Below, in pieces: positions 11,896-24,543 of a DNA stretch of 64,000 nt (position 1 is its first letter; the number at the start of each line of letters is the position of its first letter). A program made the translations under genes and the position numbers. The notes beneath the pieces are model-generated. The model made no database searches and was not told the origin of the DNA. It saw only the letters and a program-made list of their open reading frames with translations. The stretch is from Podarcis vaucheri. Its lineage: Eukaryota. Location: NCBI GenBank assembly GCA_965113315.1, contig OZ220369.1; one strand, given 5' to 3'.

Positions 11896-13050
11896 GTCCA
11901 AGGCTGGGGCAAAACAGCCCCATTTGCTTATCTTCAGCTACAGAAGAAAGCTAGAAAAGCAAAGACAAGTGAGTCTGTCAGTGGATGCCAGTCTGTCAGT
12001 GGATGCCTTTACTGCTTAGATCTGAATCAAGTTATTGACAAAAGTTTGGAACAAGACCCCAAGGGTACAGAACCATTGAAAACTGATTTCAAATTAAGTA
12101 CATGTGCTGCCACAGATCGTATTCCAGAAAAACAACAGACTCTGCTTTTACAGAGTGCAACCATAGACTCTTCTGCAACAGAAGACTCTAAAAAGGAAAA
12201 TTGTTATGGCAAAATATATTCTGGTCACACATCCCAAGGAGAAAAGAAAAAAGTGTCCTTAAAGGATGCTCAAGCTACTTTAAGTGAAAGGAGATTTTTT
12301 CTGATGAAAGAGAGTCCTCTCTTCCAAGGAGAAAAGAGAACAGTGCCAATAAAGGAGTATAGTATACTGACTACAGGAAAACCCAAAACTCTAGAAACTG
12401 TGAAATACAAAGACACAAAAGGCTACGAGCCTCCCATATGTAATCATGTTGGCACTGAAACTGCTACTGTTAAGCCATCATTAGTACTACCACCTCTGAA
12501 AGATGCAACTCTCAAAACCACCCTGGATCCTTCAGCAAAGAAAAGCAAGACTGTTACTTCCCAGGCAAGTGAAAAATCATTCCATGCTGTTTCTGAGACA
12601 AGTTGCTATGGTCAGGTTTTTAAAACCAAAGAGCAAAAGAGTGAAAAAAGAATAGACACAATGTGTAATGCAGTGAAGGAGCAAATAAAAATGCACGAAA
12701 TAGCCTCTTTTGACTCAAGGCTTTCCAAGACTTCATTCATCTCAAGAAACCCAGATCGTTGCTACTGGCATTGTGCATTTGCACCAGATACAAAAATGGC
12801 AACCATGTCTAATTCAATTGCACTGCGAAGACACAATCATCTCAACAGCATGCATTTACTGCATACAAAAGGAGCGCGAATCAACAAAGTTAATGAGATG
12901 CAAGACCCTTGCACCAGAAGCAGGAGTCACACTGGAACCAAACAAGGAAATGAGTCAAAAACACAGGAGATCCCTCTGCTTTCTGGACTATTCCCTTCCT
13001 TAACGGTCAGCCGTGTTGCAATAGCTGCATTGCCCTTTAGGCTGACCTGA
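11896..13050 (+). CDS. C16orf46: C16orf46-like protein, coding exon 2 (terminal)
   Basis: Acceptor TTTTGCTCTCAG at 11895, phase 0. Reads VQGWGKTAPF..., FQGEKRTVPIKEY, LVLPPLK and C-terminal FPSLTVSRV, matching recalled C16orf46 motifs. TGA ends at 13050. Confidence 0.9.
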   Translation, partial: VQGWGKTAPFAYLQLQKKARKAKTSESVSGCQSVSGCLYCLDLNQVIDKSLEQDPKGTEPLKTDFKLSTCAATDRIPEKQQTLLLQSATIDSSATEDSKKENCYGKIYSGHTSQGEKKKVSLKDAQATLSERRFFLMKESPLFQGEKRTVPIKEYSILTTGKPKTLETVKYKDTKGYEPPICNHVGTETATVKPSLVLPPLKDATLKTTLDPSAKKSKTVTSQASEKSFHAVSETSCYGQVFKTKEQKSEKRIDTMCNAVKEQIKMHEIASFDSRLSKTSFISRNPDRCYWHCAFAPDTKMATMSNSIALRRHNHLNSMHLLHTKGARINKVNEMQDPCTRSRSHTGTKQGNESKTQEIPLLSGLFPSLTVSRVAIAALPFRLT

Positions 13051-14123
13051 CTTTTTAAATTGTAATTTCTTGTTGGGCTATTCATGGATTTGTTTGGAGC
13101 ACTCTGTATAATGAGAAAAAATACTGAAAAGTCATTGTAAAGCAGACTGGGCAGATTTGTTAATTTGCATAGGTGCTATTTTGAATAGAGTTGACTGCCA
13201 CTCATTTCTGTACAAAATTAAAATACCAATTGATTACCTCTTACAATAGGATAATGGTTTCAGTAGATCCTTAAATATGTTTAGTTGAACTAATAGAGTC
13301 TGCAGTGTAGACTCAGGCTCTCAGAGATGAGCCTTAATGTGCATTGCCTGGATGATGCCCCCAGTTTGACAAAAACTTTTTGTCTTTAAAAGTACACCTA
13401 GCTAGTTCTTATTTAGAAAATTGGGCATAGCGTTTCAGTACTTCCAATCCCCACTGTATGTATGGTAAATGCAAGCTACTTTGGTCTGTTTTGTTCTTAT
13501 TAGTCCTTTTGCTTGGGAAGACCACTGCAGAAGCACCATGACCTGTGTAGTTTGTCTTCTCAAGGAATACTTGAACTACTGCACCAAACTCAGAATAGAT
13601 GGGCAAGGGATCAGATTTTGCCTAAATTAAGCCCGTACAATTTGGAAGTCATCGAGCCATACATAGCCACAATGCCTGTTTTTGCTCTCTGTCAAGGATG
13701 GCAATAGAAGGCTGTCAAATATCTGTCAGGCCAGACTAAGTTGCTCATGAGCTATATTTATCTCAATGAGTTGTACAGTTGTACAGGCCTAGACCAAGTG
13801 CTTCACCATATGGAATCTAGAAAAGTACCAAAAATTGTCTGCGTAGTCTCTGCCACAATGATGTACTATTTTCAAGCGCCCTCCAATTTGTGCAAAGCCT
13901 TAGCTGTTTTTAGATGTTGTAAAAAGTTTATTTTTAAAGTTTTCTTTTATGTTTAATGTTCAAACAATGTGTAGATAAGACTAAGGAAGCAAAGTTAATA
14001 TTTAGTTATATTTGTGTGTGTAGAATTGACTGTATATACTTCTTGATTTGTTTATGTCAGCTAGGACTTGTCCCCCTCTGCAAAATTAGGTAACTCACAT
14101 TGCTTTATAATCTAGATAGCTTC

Positions 14124-14129
14124 AATAAA
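14124..14129 (+). terminator. candidate poly(A) signal of the C16orf46-like gene
   Basis: AATAAA ~1.07 kb after the stop codon, at the end of an AT-rich UTR-like tract. Confidence 0.55.
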
Positions 14130-16836
14130 ATACTTTTCTGTATGCACAGTGACAGCATGTTCCTCAGTATTTCAATCCAAGAGATTTTCCTGTCAACATC
14201 TGCCATAATTATCCTACACCTTATCTGATGCATTTGGAGTAGCAGGAAGGTAATGACATTTCTGGATATCCAATTGCAAGAGTCCCAATGTCACTCACCC
14301 ATGATTCATGGAATCCACTTATATTTGATCAACTGTACAGAAACTTGTTCAAGTAGTTTTATTATAAAATCTTGCCAAATTCTTTTTAGTTTCAAACAAA
14401 CAAGTTTGCACATAAACTGATCGTAGTCCTTGAACTAAATATTTTGAGTTCTTATGCAAAAAAAATCTGAGAGCTGAGTGGCCTTTTCCTTTTGGTTTTG
14501 GTGATGGTAGCAAGGGCTCTCACCAGGAATTCATGTGCATAAACCTCCTGCAAGAACACAGTAGGCTAGTTGAAAAAATGAACTTTTTTGACAAGCAGCT
14601 TGCTTTCTTGTTCTTAAAACAGGCATGAAATTATTTAATGCAAAAGTGTTCAATAGCATGACCATTTTTTCAGGATTCATCAGTGCCTACAAAGAAAGGA
14701 TTAAAACAGTGACTGACAGAAATGTTGTAACAAACATGCAATATCTTTAAGAAACCACACCTGTTTCTACAAGTGTGGGGCAAAGATTTTTGGGGTGAAC
14801 CACCAATTAAATGGTGTGAATTCCTCACCCCCCCCCATTATAGGAGACAAAATTGCTCGAACCATTATAAACTGTTTATTTGAATTGCCTTTTCTTGGAT
14901 TGGCTGCTAGACTTAACCCTTCCTCTTGCTCCTACTACCACTTCTGTAGAAATGCTGGTTTTAGTGAACATTGTTGAAGGGCTTCCTGCTACCCTCATTG
15001 CACATCACATTTACTGCTAAGAATTGTGAAATTCTGTGCTCCAGTTTAAAGCAAAACATGGATAATGGATGGATACAAGCAGTCGTTTACAAAGTGGTTG
15101 CTTAACCGTGCTATAGCTGTAACCACTTGCTGAGTCAGTTACCTGTGTGATCCTGTTAGGCCAAGTGGATGAAAGTTTTACCTCTCATACAAAATACAGA
15201 CAGTTAAATGGTTGTCAGTCTTCACCTATGTAGACTTGTACCTTGTGAAATAATGGCTTTACAGAAAATAACATGTCATACTTAAGGACCCATTAATATG
15301 TGTTTTCATTTTTCAAAATTACAAGCAGAATAAAATGTCAATAAATTTTAATTCTTTGTGAGCATAAATAAACTTGAAGTTTCTTTTCTAATGATTCCAT
15401 TGATGAGTGAACCAAAATAAATAGCAGCTACTTTTCAGTGAATTTAAAATGATTGATCTTGTTACTTACCAGCTAAACCAAGTTAGTGAGCTGAAAAGCC
15501 ATGCTTGATAGTACTTACAAGTCATGCTTCCTGATGCTGCAGTTAGGAAAACTTCAAAAAGCAATTTGGCATCACAATGAACAAAGTATGAATTTTGTAT
15601 TACTTAGTCGAGGGTGTGGTGTGGGGGGGAAGGCTGTGGCCCTCCGGAGACGACTGGACTCGTTCCCCTCCTTGAACACAGTGGGGCCCACTTCTGGGTA
15701 GGTATGTCCAGGGCCAGGCTGCATATTCCACTGATTTCAGTGGGAAAGATTTAAGCATGTTCATAATGCTAACTGAAAATAGGTAGGGACTTTAAAAGTA
15801 TCTTAGCGTTGGTTGGGTCATGCCCTTTGTTTTAACTCCCCTTTTCTGCCCTGCACAAAGAGAACAGATGCCACAATCCAATACTCAAGGGTGTATGCTC
15901 CAAAATAAGTGTATATAGGATTACATACACAAGTAAATGTGTGTAGCATTACACAAGTGTGTATTGCTAACTAGCTTTTAAAATAGCATATATATTTAAC
16001 AGTTTTTTTCTTAGTTCTTCTGTGGACTTTGTCAATGATAACAGTGTGGAATTTAGCTGTGATTTCATTCTTTTTTTAAAAATTGTGGTGTTTTTTTAAA
16101 AAAAATCATACTATTGATTTTCTTTTAAACACTTGAGGGTTGTTGTTTTTTTTAAATCACCATTATATCAAATGTGGAAAAATAGGGGGATAACAGCATG
16201 GATAATGTACATCACAAAGAATGTGAGACTACACCAGAACTTAATGATCATTTAGCTTTAAAAATATAGAGCCTTCTTTAGATACAAATAATCATTTGAT
16301 TCCTCCCCCCCCTGCAAATGCACCCCAAGACCCTCCTGAATTTATATCCATTAAAAAAACCTGACCAGTTCTGTGGACACCCTACTGTGATTCTGTTATA
16401 CCAGAATATTTTTTGGTGATTCTCCCGGGACTCCCATGCCGATGTAGCCTTTAAAAAAGGAGTACACCTGCTTTTACACTTTCGCCACTTTGGCAAGTGG
16501 CACCCAGAGGGCTGACATTGGGTTTTTTTTTATAGGATTTCATTACTAACTTGGTTCAATAAATCATCACCAGCAGGACATATCAAATATAACATTTAGT
16601 GGAAAATTCTCATTTTTCAAATTAAAGTCCTAGAGAGCATGGAAAAGTTACCTAACATGACATTGAAAAGTTTAAGAAGAATTTGGCCAAAATTCACTAC
16701 AAGTTTTGTATAGAGGTTTGGTGAAATTCATTATATTAAGTGTTTTTTGTGAAAGTGAAAGATTCACGTTTTTGGTGTGGCTGCAAGACTCTGAATTTAA
16801 AGGCACCATCTTTTCCCCTCCCTTTTTTCCTTCCAG

Positions 16837-17532
16837 GAACAAGGCTGGGGGAGAGCTACTCCTTTCACATGCTGTAAGATCCAAAAAGAGACCAAGAAAC
16901 CAAGAGTAACCAAAACAGTCTCAAGCATCTCTCACCAGAATATGGTGCCTGCTAATAAGAAAAACATGGCCTGGGTAACACAGTTGGCAAGAGAGAGACA
17001 AAAAATGGACGACAAATTTACTGAAGGAGAACCAGTTTCAAGCAACAAAAAGATGGAAGTTTCGTGCATCAAACCATACAACTATGTCCCAATGATGACA
17101 GCCCATGCCGAGGGAGACAGAAAGAGAGGGAAATTAGACTCTATCCAAACATTCCTAGGTGAAAAAAGGAGCTTGCCAATAAAGGAATATGAAATCAAGT
17201 ACTCACAACGGCAGACAGAACCTGACATCCTGAAATATAATGCAATCGGCCTGCCCAGAGTAATCCACGGTAATCCTCCTAACAGCTTGAGCTGTATAAC
17301 CTTAAATGCATTTTTGGTCTTCAGACCAGACGAAGGCAATGTAATCAATTTGCATCTGGAGCCTCCTTCAAAGCATGAAGCAACAGCAGTCAAGAGAACT
17401 GAGGATGAGGACAGCACGGACGCAGTCTCCTATAGCCACGTAATTAAAAAAGTAAAGCAGAAGAGTGAAAAAAAAGTTGGTATGAATAATACGGTGAAAA
17501 AGCAAATACAAAAATCATGTATCGCCCTTTGA
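16837..17532 (+). CDS. diverged duplicate of the C16orf46 terminal exon (alternative last exon or tandem paralog), 231 codons
   Basis: Strong acceptor CCCTTTTTTCCTTCCAG at 16836. The open frame EQGWGRATPF...FLGEKRSLPIKEY...KQKSEKKVGMNNTVKKQI aligns colinearly with VQGWGKTAPF...FQGEKRTVPIKEY...EQKSEKRIDTMCNAVKEQI of exon 11896-13050. Confidence 0.75.
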   Translation, partial: EQGWGRATPFTCCKIQKETKKPRVTKTVSSISHQNMVPANKKNMAWVTQLARERQKMDDKFTEGEPVSSNKKMEVSCIKPYNYVPMMTAHAEGDRKRGKLDSIQTFLGEKRSLPIKEYEIKYSQRQTEPDILKYNAIGLPRVIHGNPPNSLSCITLNAFLVFRPDEGNVINLHLEPPSKHEATAVKRTEDEDSTDAVSYSHVIKKVKQKSEKKVGMNNTVKKQIQKSCIAL

Positions 17533-17853
17533 CTTGTCCATGGTGCTCAGCTATTTTGTCTCGTCTTCAAAGCTGTTTGACTTTTTCCTTTGTACTGAAT
17601 TAAGATTACATTCAAGCTATCTTCCCTTCCCAATCATTGCTATTCTAAATGCAGTACGAACACCTGCATGGTTTGTGCTGCCCTTGTAAAATTGTGATAG
17701 TAGCAAGGGCAATTACATTAATAATGAGGGAGCTTTAACTCAACAGGACTGATCATCTCAATTAATTGGCAGTGACTAATTTTAAACCAGTGAGGCCAAA
17801 GAGCTGGGACTTAAGGGGTACCCTTGGTTTCTGAGGCTATTTTGGTTCTAGTA

Positions 17854-18109
17854 AAGGTAAAGGTAAAGGTACCCCTGCCCAAACGGGCCAGTCTTGACAG
17901 ACTCTGGGGTTTGTGCGCCCATCTCACATCTATAGGCCGGGGGCCAGCGCTGTCCCGAGACACTTCCGGGTCACGTGGCCAGCGTGACAAAGCTGCATCT
18001 GGCGAGCCAGCGCAGCACACGGAACGCCGCTTACCTTCCCGCTGGTAAGCGGTACCTATTTATCTACTTGCACCCGGGGGTGCTTTCGAACTGCTAGGTT
18101 GGCAGGCGC
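17854..18109 (-). mobile_element. Sauria SINE, 5'-truncated
   Basis: Reversed (ACCTTT)n tail AAAGGTAAAGGTAAAGGT and GGTACCTATTTATCTACTTGCAC core; perfect TSD TGGTTCTAGTA at 17843-17853 and 18110-18120. Confidence 0.9.
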
Positions 18110-21100
18110 TGGTTCTAGTAGTTTGCTATAATTCAGAATGACTATATATTAAGGTGGTCATTCTTTCTCCCAATATCTGGAGCCCCAAAGCACCATGGGT
18201 GGTTTTTGGTTGGCGCATCTAGCCTTCCCAACTGCCCCTTTCAGTGGTAGCACAAACAGCCAGAGAAGCTCATCCCATTAGGCCCCCTTGTGACCACGGA
18301 AGGATCAAGGTGGCGAAGCACGGGATCCCAGTTACAAAGAGGAGGTGCTGAGGGAGATTTGAAGGCTGTATACAGCAAGCCTTTCATTTACTTTTGAGTG
18401 CACGGATGGGGTTGTGGATGCAGAGGTGGGGGGGCATAGCACAGGTGAGGGAAAAGAAGAGTAGATGGAGAGGGAGGCAAACATAGCAACTAAGTGATAA
18501 AATAATATGATGAACGACAGAGAAACGAACAGAAAAACAGAATGGAAGAGAGAAAGAATCGTTGGTATGAGAGGGTTTGTGTATGTATGTGTTTGAGACT
18601 GGATGGAGGATGGAAGCATGTCTGTTGTGTGTAAGGATGGAAGGGGTTGGCTTATGTGAGGAGGAATGGTTGATGAAATGGGGGAAAGCTGTGAGGAAAA
18701 AGGGGTGGGCTATCCGGTGGCTCCAGCCTTGCCTACTGCCGTTATGCGGCCTCTGACCACCTTTCCCCCACGGAATGCAGCCCCTGCATTCAGAACTGTT
18801 GGCCACCCCATATTAAACCATAGCCACGCTTGCATAGCCCTGGGAAAAGAATGCCAGCATGGCCACATCTCCTGCAGTCACGCCCCATCATTTGCAAACC
18901 CCTTGCATCAGGGCAAAACCATACCCTTTATCACTACTTTGGTTTTAAGGCAAGGAATAAAAAAGAAATGCTATCTCCAGCCACACAGCCAAAGGCTATT
19001 GCACTACAGCAATTTGACAGGGGCTAGTGAAAAGTGTGACATTGCGTTTCTATTTCACAGTATAATCCACTTTCTAGACCCAACTATTTCTTTTCAATAG
19101 AGGAATGAAATGGCAAAGTGTTCAAGTAACCATTTAGTGTAAAACAAGAGGCAGGGGAGGAAAACTGGTGAGTTAAGGCAGAAAGACATTTATTTGTTCA
19201 TCTTTGTGACATAAATGTGTTTCATTATATATACAGGTAGGCCCTTAACCTGAACAGTTTTATTCAAGACAGAGTTCATTTATTTAAAGCTCACAGTATT
19301 TGCAATTCTATGCATGCAGTTGTGTGTGCAAACACCTAATGGACAGAGAAGAGTCAGTTCTACCATTTTACTGTCTGAAAGCAGAGGAAACTGTGCACTT
19401 GCATGTTGGTCTAAATTGTCATTGCATGCACGTTTAAGAGTAATGTGCTCTTTGGCATTTCATCTTGATTAGCTGCCTGAAGAGAATACGTATGCATCGG
19501 AGGAGAAAAAGGAGGCTTGTGGCTCCATAAAGAATAACAGATTTAATTGTGGTAGATACATTTGATCTTTAACAAAGTGAGCACAAATGAGAGGGAGGAA
19601 ACCCCTAGAAAAAGAGGACTACTCTGTCCCTAAACATGGCAGAAAGGAGGGTGTAGTAAAAATTGCAGCTGCAAACGAGAATGAGGTTTTCTTTCACTTA
19701 CCCATATCCAGCCAGATATTAAAACTGTAATCATGACAACCTCCTCTTAAAGGCAACAGGCCACAGTTTCATTTTTATTCAGGATCCCTCCAGCCCATCT
19801 GCTCCTTACCCCCTCAGTGATGAAATGGAAGTCATTCTCTTGAGGCTAGAAAACAGCAGCACTGTATTGTTTCCTTGCAAAAACTCCATAAAGTGCAAGA
19901 ATTGGATACAGAAAATGTTCAATGATATACATGATCGATGCTGGAATTTAATATGGTGTCATTCAGATTTTTTATCTACATGCCAAGGTTCTGATACAAC
20001 CCTTGTCCCTTTAATAGATAAACTGTGTGTATTGACTCATTTTCACATTTCAGGCAACCTGCAGTGGACAAAACCCCTTAGTTCACTGGTATTGTTCAAT
20101 GACATGGTATTGCTTCTGACATGGTATACCCATGCTTAGGCTGCAGGTGGGGGCTCACATTATTGAATGCTCCTCCATACAAAAGGATTCCCTCTTATTT
20201 TCTGTATGAAAAACTAGGTATTAGGGAATTTTTTAAAAAATGCAGGGGGGTTGAGGTGTAATCAAGCATACGTGTTCCCATCTGCAGCCCATACACAGCC
20301 TAGACACGTTTATTCACAGTGCAATCCTACATTTAGTCAGAAACAAGTCCCCAACCTCCAAAAACCCAAACCCCCATAAAGCATGCAGAGGCTCACAGAG
20401 TTTCATTTCCAGTGTCTGTGTACGCCACCTCAATCTGCAGCCAGACGTGAAGCATGCGTGTGTATGTATGCACACCTAGAATTTTTCTTGAAAATTAGCA
20501 AGCATAATGAAATGAAATACCATACTTTGATCCAGCAAGAGTAAGACATCACACTAAGTTCTGCAACTCAGGTTTTTTGTTTTCAAGTTTAGAAATATCC
20601 ATTAAGCAGACTAGTGCTATTTCATGGTGCAAAATGATATTAAAGAATGTTCCTTTAAAAGTTAATATAAGCTTTGCAAACAATTAAGAGGTGGTTGTCT
20701 ATTTCCTGCATGCTCATCCTCTTTTACTCTTTCATCCATCTTGAACCAGCTACAATGACAGGCAAATATCCTGGGTGCATCTACTGCCACAGGTAATCTC
20801 TAACGCTGCCTTTGCCAACCTGGCTGTGTTGGCTAGGGCTTTTGGGAACATCTGGAAGTTACCAGGTTGGCAAAGGCTACTGTACAGTGATTGTGAACGA
20901 GTTATTTTATTTTCTAAAATACTAAACAACTCACCCAGTACAGTGAGTGTTAGGCCGTTTTCAGATGCTCAAAAAAGACAACTAAGATATCCCTCTAGAA
21001 GCAGGCATGAGAAAGGAAGCAACCAAACCCTGGGAGGAACAGCTTGCCAAAGTTTCTTGTTGCTTGCCTGAGATGGGTAGTAACTTGTAGTACTTGCCTT

Positions 21101-24100
21101 ATTATCATTGCCGAAAAACAAATATGGTTGGTTTTTAGTTCAAGTTAATTTTAACCCTTAACTGAAGAAAAGGTGAAGAATTTCAAGGATGAGTCTTTCC
21201 CTATAGAAGACAGGACTCAAGTTAGAGCTGATGTAAATGTCAGTTGACTATATGCACCATGCATGCTGTATTATACTTGGGATTGTAAGGAAGATCATGC
21301 CTGTATATATCAGTGTCCATCAGACTGAGAGAAAGGCATTTCTTGTTTCTTAGTACTATAGCAATCAGGGCTAGTCACACAAACACTAAGATATCAGTAT
21401 GTATATTACCATCTTTCACCTTCTATGAAGTAGAAGATTAATATGTAGAAGCTGAGCAGGACATTCTTAGTTTGCTTTTGACAACATGCTGAGTTTGATA
21501 GGTTGCGGAGGGCTGGGTGGTTTAGATCTAACAAGGGATAATCTCCAGCTCAGGAGGAGGATATGTGGTATCAACCTCTATTCAGGTCAGCTGGTTCACG
21601 TTGACAGAAACTTACCTTCCTGTAGCTATTGTGTCATGCAAGTGGGCCCTCTGTGTCTAGGTCATGACAATCATGCTAAACACTTGTATATAAACCAATT
21701 CTTTAAAAATTCAAATCTGTTTACTGCTCCCTCATTAGCAGGTAGGTTACCCCGATTGCTAGAAAATACTATGGAATTGGAAAACCAAAGGCAGAAGATG
21801 TAGCTTATGCACCAAACTCCCTTTAATTAGCTTATATTAATCAAATACAAGGATTGTGTGCAGACAGTTGCAAACTGAGCAACATTCTGGTTCAATCACT
21901 CTGATGAAATGGTGGGGGGAAACAATCAATAGAAACAAAGAATAAAATGTTACAAGATTCATTTCAAAGACAGGCTCAAAATCTCATTTAAAAGGATGCC
22001 AGGAATGTGAAAGGTGTTCAGAGACCAGATCTTTTCTGCAAATATGACTAGGCTGAGTCAATATTTTCTCTCTATAGCAAATATATTCTTGGAATCTCCT
22101 ACTAAAGAAAGAAGATAGCCAAAGGTAGGGCATGCAGGAGATCTGCCATTCCTGGATGGCTTTTAAGTCTTCTTCTATGAGTCCAAGGAGTGTGGAACAT
22201 TTCTTCCCCCACAAGCAGAAATCCATGGATTGATTTAGTCACAGCAGCAGTTCAAGGCAAGCTATTGCATAAGCACCCTATGTAGGATAAGATACCAGTA
22301 ACAGAATAGAGCCCAAAGGTCAATCTGCACTATTGGCACTGGCACTACACATCTATAAGTAGCTGCTTAAAGACAATCACATCAACTTAAGAAGGCGATT
22401 ATATGCCAACATGATCTCCACTGCATTAGTGGTACTTTGATTAAGGTGTGGGGGACCCAGAACAGCTGCCTGTTTTGTTTGTGGAAAAGCTTAATATACA
22501 TACTCATATTAGTGCCTGAACACCCTGACCACAGATACGCATCAACAATTCAAACCCAATTGAAGGTGCCCGTGGACACTTTAATCAAAAGTGCACCTAG
22601 GCTACTACATTCTGAACTGCAAGGACCAAGCTGTACACCACAGCAAGCCGGATGACACTAGCTTTGCACTGGAAGCACTAGGGGAGCACTAAGCTTCAGT
22701 GGGATAAGGGACTTTTTAGTTGCATCCCAACAAGAGTATAGTTAAATCTCTGGAGTGCTATCTTTTTAATGTATTTTACATTGTTGTGAACCAACCTGGG
22801 ATCTTATGGTGGAAGGGCAAATAATAAATCAAATAATAAATAATAATAAATAATTCATGTGACCATGGAGGAATAACAGTACCACTCCTGACTGGCAATT
22901 GACCTTAGATCAAAACAACTTGCATGATACATAAAGAGTGCACCCTAGTGATGTCATTACTTCACTGCTGCCTGGGACTCTGACCAAACTGCATCATTTC
23001 AGCTTCATCGCTTGTTAAACAGCATCAATCTAGAGACTGATTGAAGAACAGTGTGTAACCTGCATCAACCTTGAAGCTGTTTGCCACTCTTTGGCTGAAG
23101 CATTCAGCTGGTGCATACCAAAGTGTTATGTACGTACAGGACCCAGTTGAGAGTTCTTCTTCCAAATGCTTATCCAAGGCTCATTGGGAAATAGAGGCTC
23201 AATTCTGCAGAATAAATGCTTGGAGAGAGAAAAAATAAACCCTGCATACAATGAATGAAGATTGCAAATATCCAGTGTAGGATATTCTCTTCAATAAACA
23301 AAAAATGGAAATAGAAGTTTCTGAAGAACATCAACAGATAACATTGAGCAGTTGCTAGCACTTTAGACTTTGCACAGAGTATGCTGGGTAAGAGTTAGAC
23401 GGTAAGACACAAAATCAGTGTGGAAGTGATGGGTCTATGCCGACAGACCATTAGCAGCACTATACAAAGACAACAACAGGCCCTACCACTGAACATGGTG
23501 CTCTCCACATGCTGCTGAACTCCCAACTCCCATCAGCCTCAGCCAGTAGGGACAATTGTCAGGGATGATAACAGTTGTAGCCCAGGAACATCTGGAGGAC
23601 CACAGATCCTCCATCCTAGCCCTAAGTTTTTTTGCTCTTTGAAAGATAAGTTGTTCTTGGAGGAGCTGAGGGCTCAACATGAATTTAAAGAATTCAATCA
23701 CAAACAGAACTTTATGTCCAACAGCAGGTAAAAGCTGTAGTTGAACACATGCCATCTGCTACTTTGATGAACAATTTCCTTTATCACTTGGTTGAAGAGC
23801 TTCCTAGTAATCTTGTCCTGAGCAGATAGGAACTCATTGCTTTCTCATAGTTTGCCTTGCAGCTATGTTTCCAAAGTGAGTGTTTGACATAAGCTCTTAG
23901 GACAGATTAAAAAGAAAAAAAGGTACATTGGAAATTTTAGTCAATAATCCCTTTTCAGAGGCAATGAAAACCAGCAGCTCTGAAGAGTTGCTGACACAAA
24001 ATACACTGAATTAAATAACATATATCCAAGTGTATATTTGAAGTATCCTCTCTCATTTCTGCATTGGTGCCTTCCTTTCTTTTCCTTACTTAATATAGAT

Positions 24101-24475
24101 TTTTGCAAGCCATTGAGCTTAATTCCAAACTGTCTGCTAGAATTTGGCAAGACTGTTCAGAAACTAAACGTCTTACAGGCTACTAACATTGTTTCAAGAA
24201 AATTGAATCCATGATCAACAAGGATTTACCCATGTTAAACATGTTGGGTTGTATTCAACATTAGTCATAGACTGAGCAGACCAACTAAAATTAATGGACA
24301 TGGCTAAATTAGATTAATTTCAGTAATCCTAGTTTGAGTATAGCTTAGCTGTACAGAATCCAAAGTGTACTGCTGCACATTTTTCTTAGCATGGTGATAT
24401 CAATATTCAGTTGTCCACCTACCCACAGTCGCAAGTATGAAGTCTTACTAAATTTATATGGATTAGAATTCAGAT

Positions 24476-24538
<63 letters not shown>
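24476..24538. repeat. compound (CA)n(GA)n microsatellite, probably in the ATMIN 3' UTR
   Basis: Seen directly in the sequence, ~700 nt downstream of the ATMIN stop. Confidence 0.95.

Positions 24539-24543
<5 letters not shown>

Noticed and set aside
15058-15105. MDNGWIQAVV mini-ORF resembling NGTGWEEAV of C16orf46 coding exon 1
   Set aside because: The match is too short, there is no upstream similarity and no credible donor, so it is probably chance; not accepted as a paralogous first exon.
18380-18720. Purine-rich tract giving hydrophobic 95-140 aa ORFs
   Set aside because: Low-complexity GA/GT-rich sequence with no splice or homology support.
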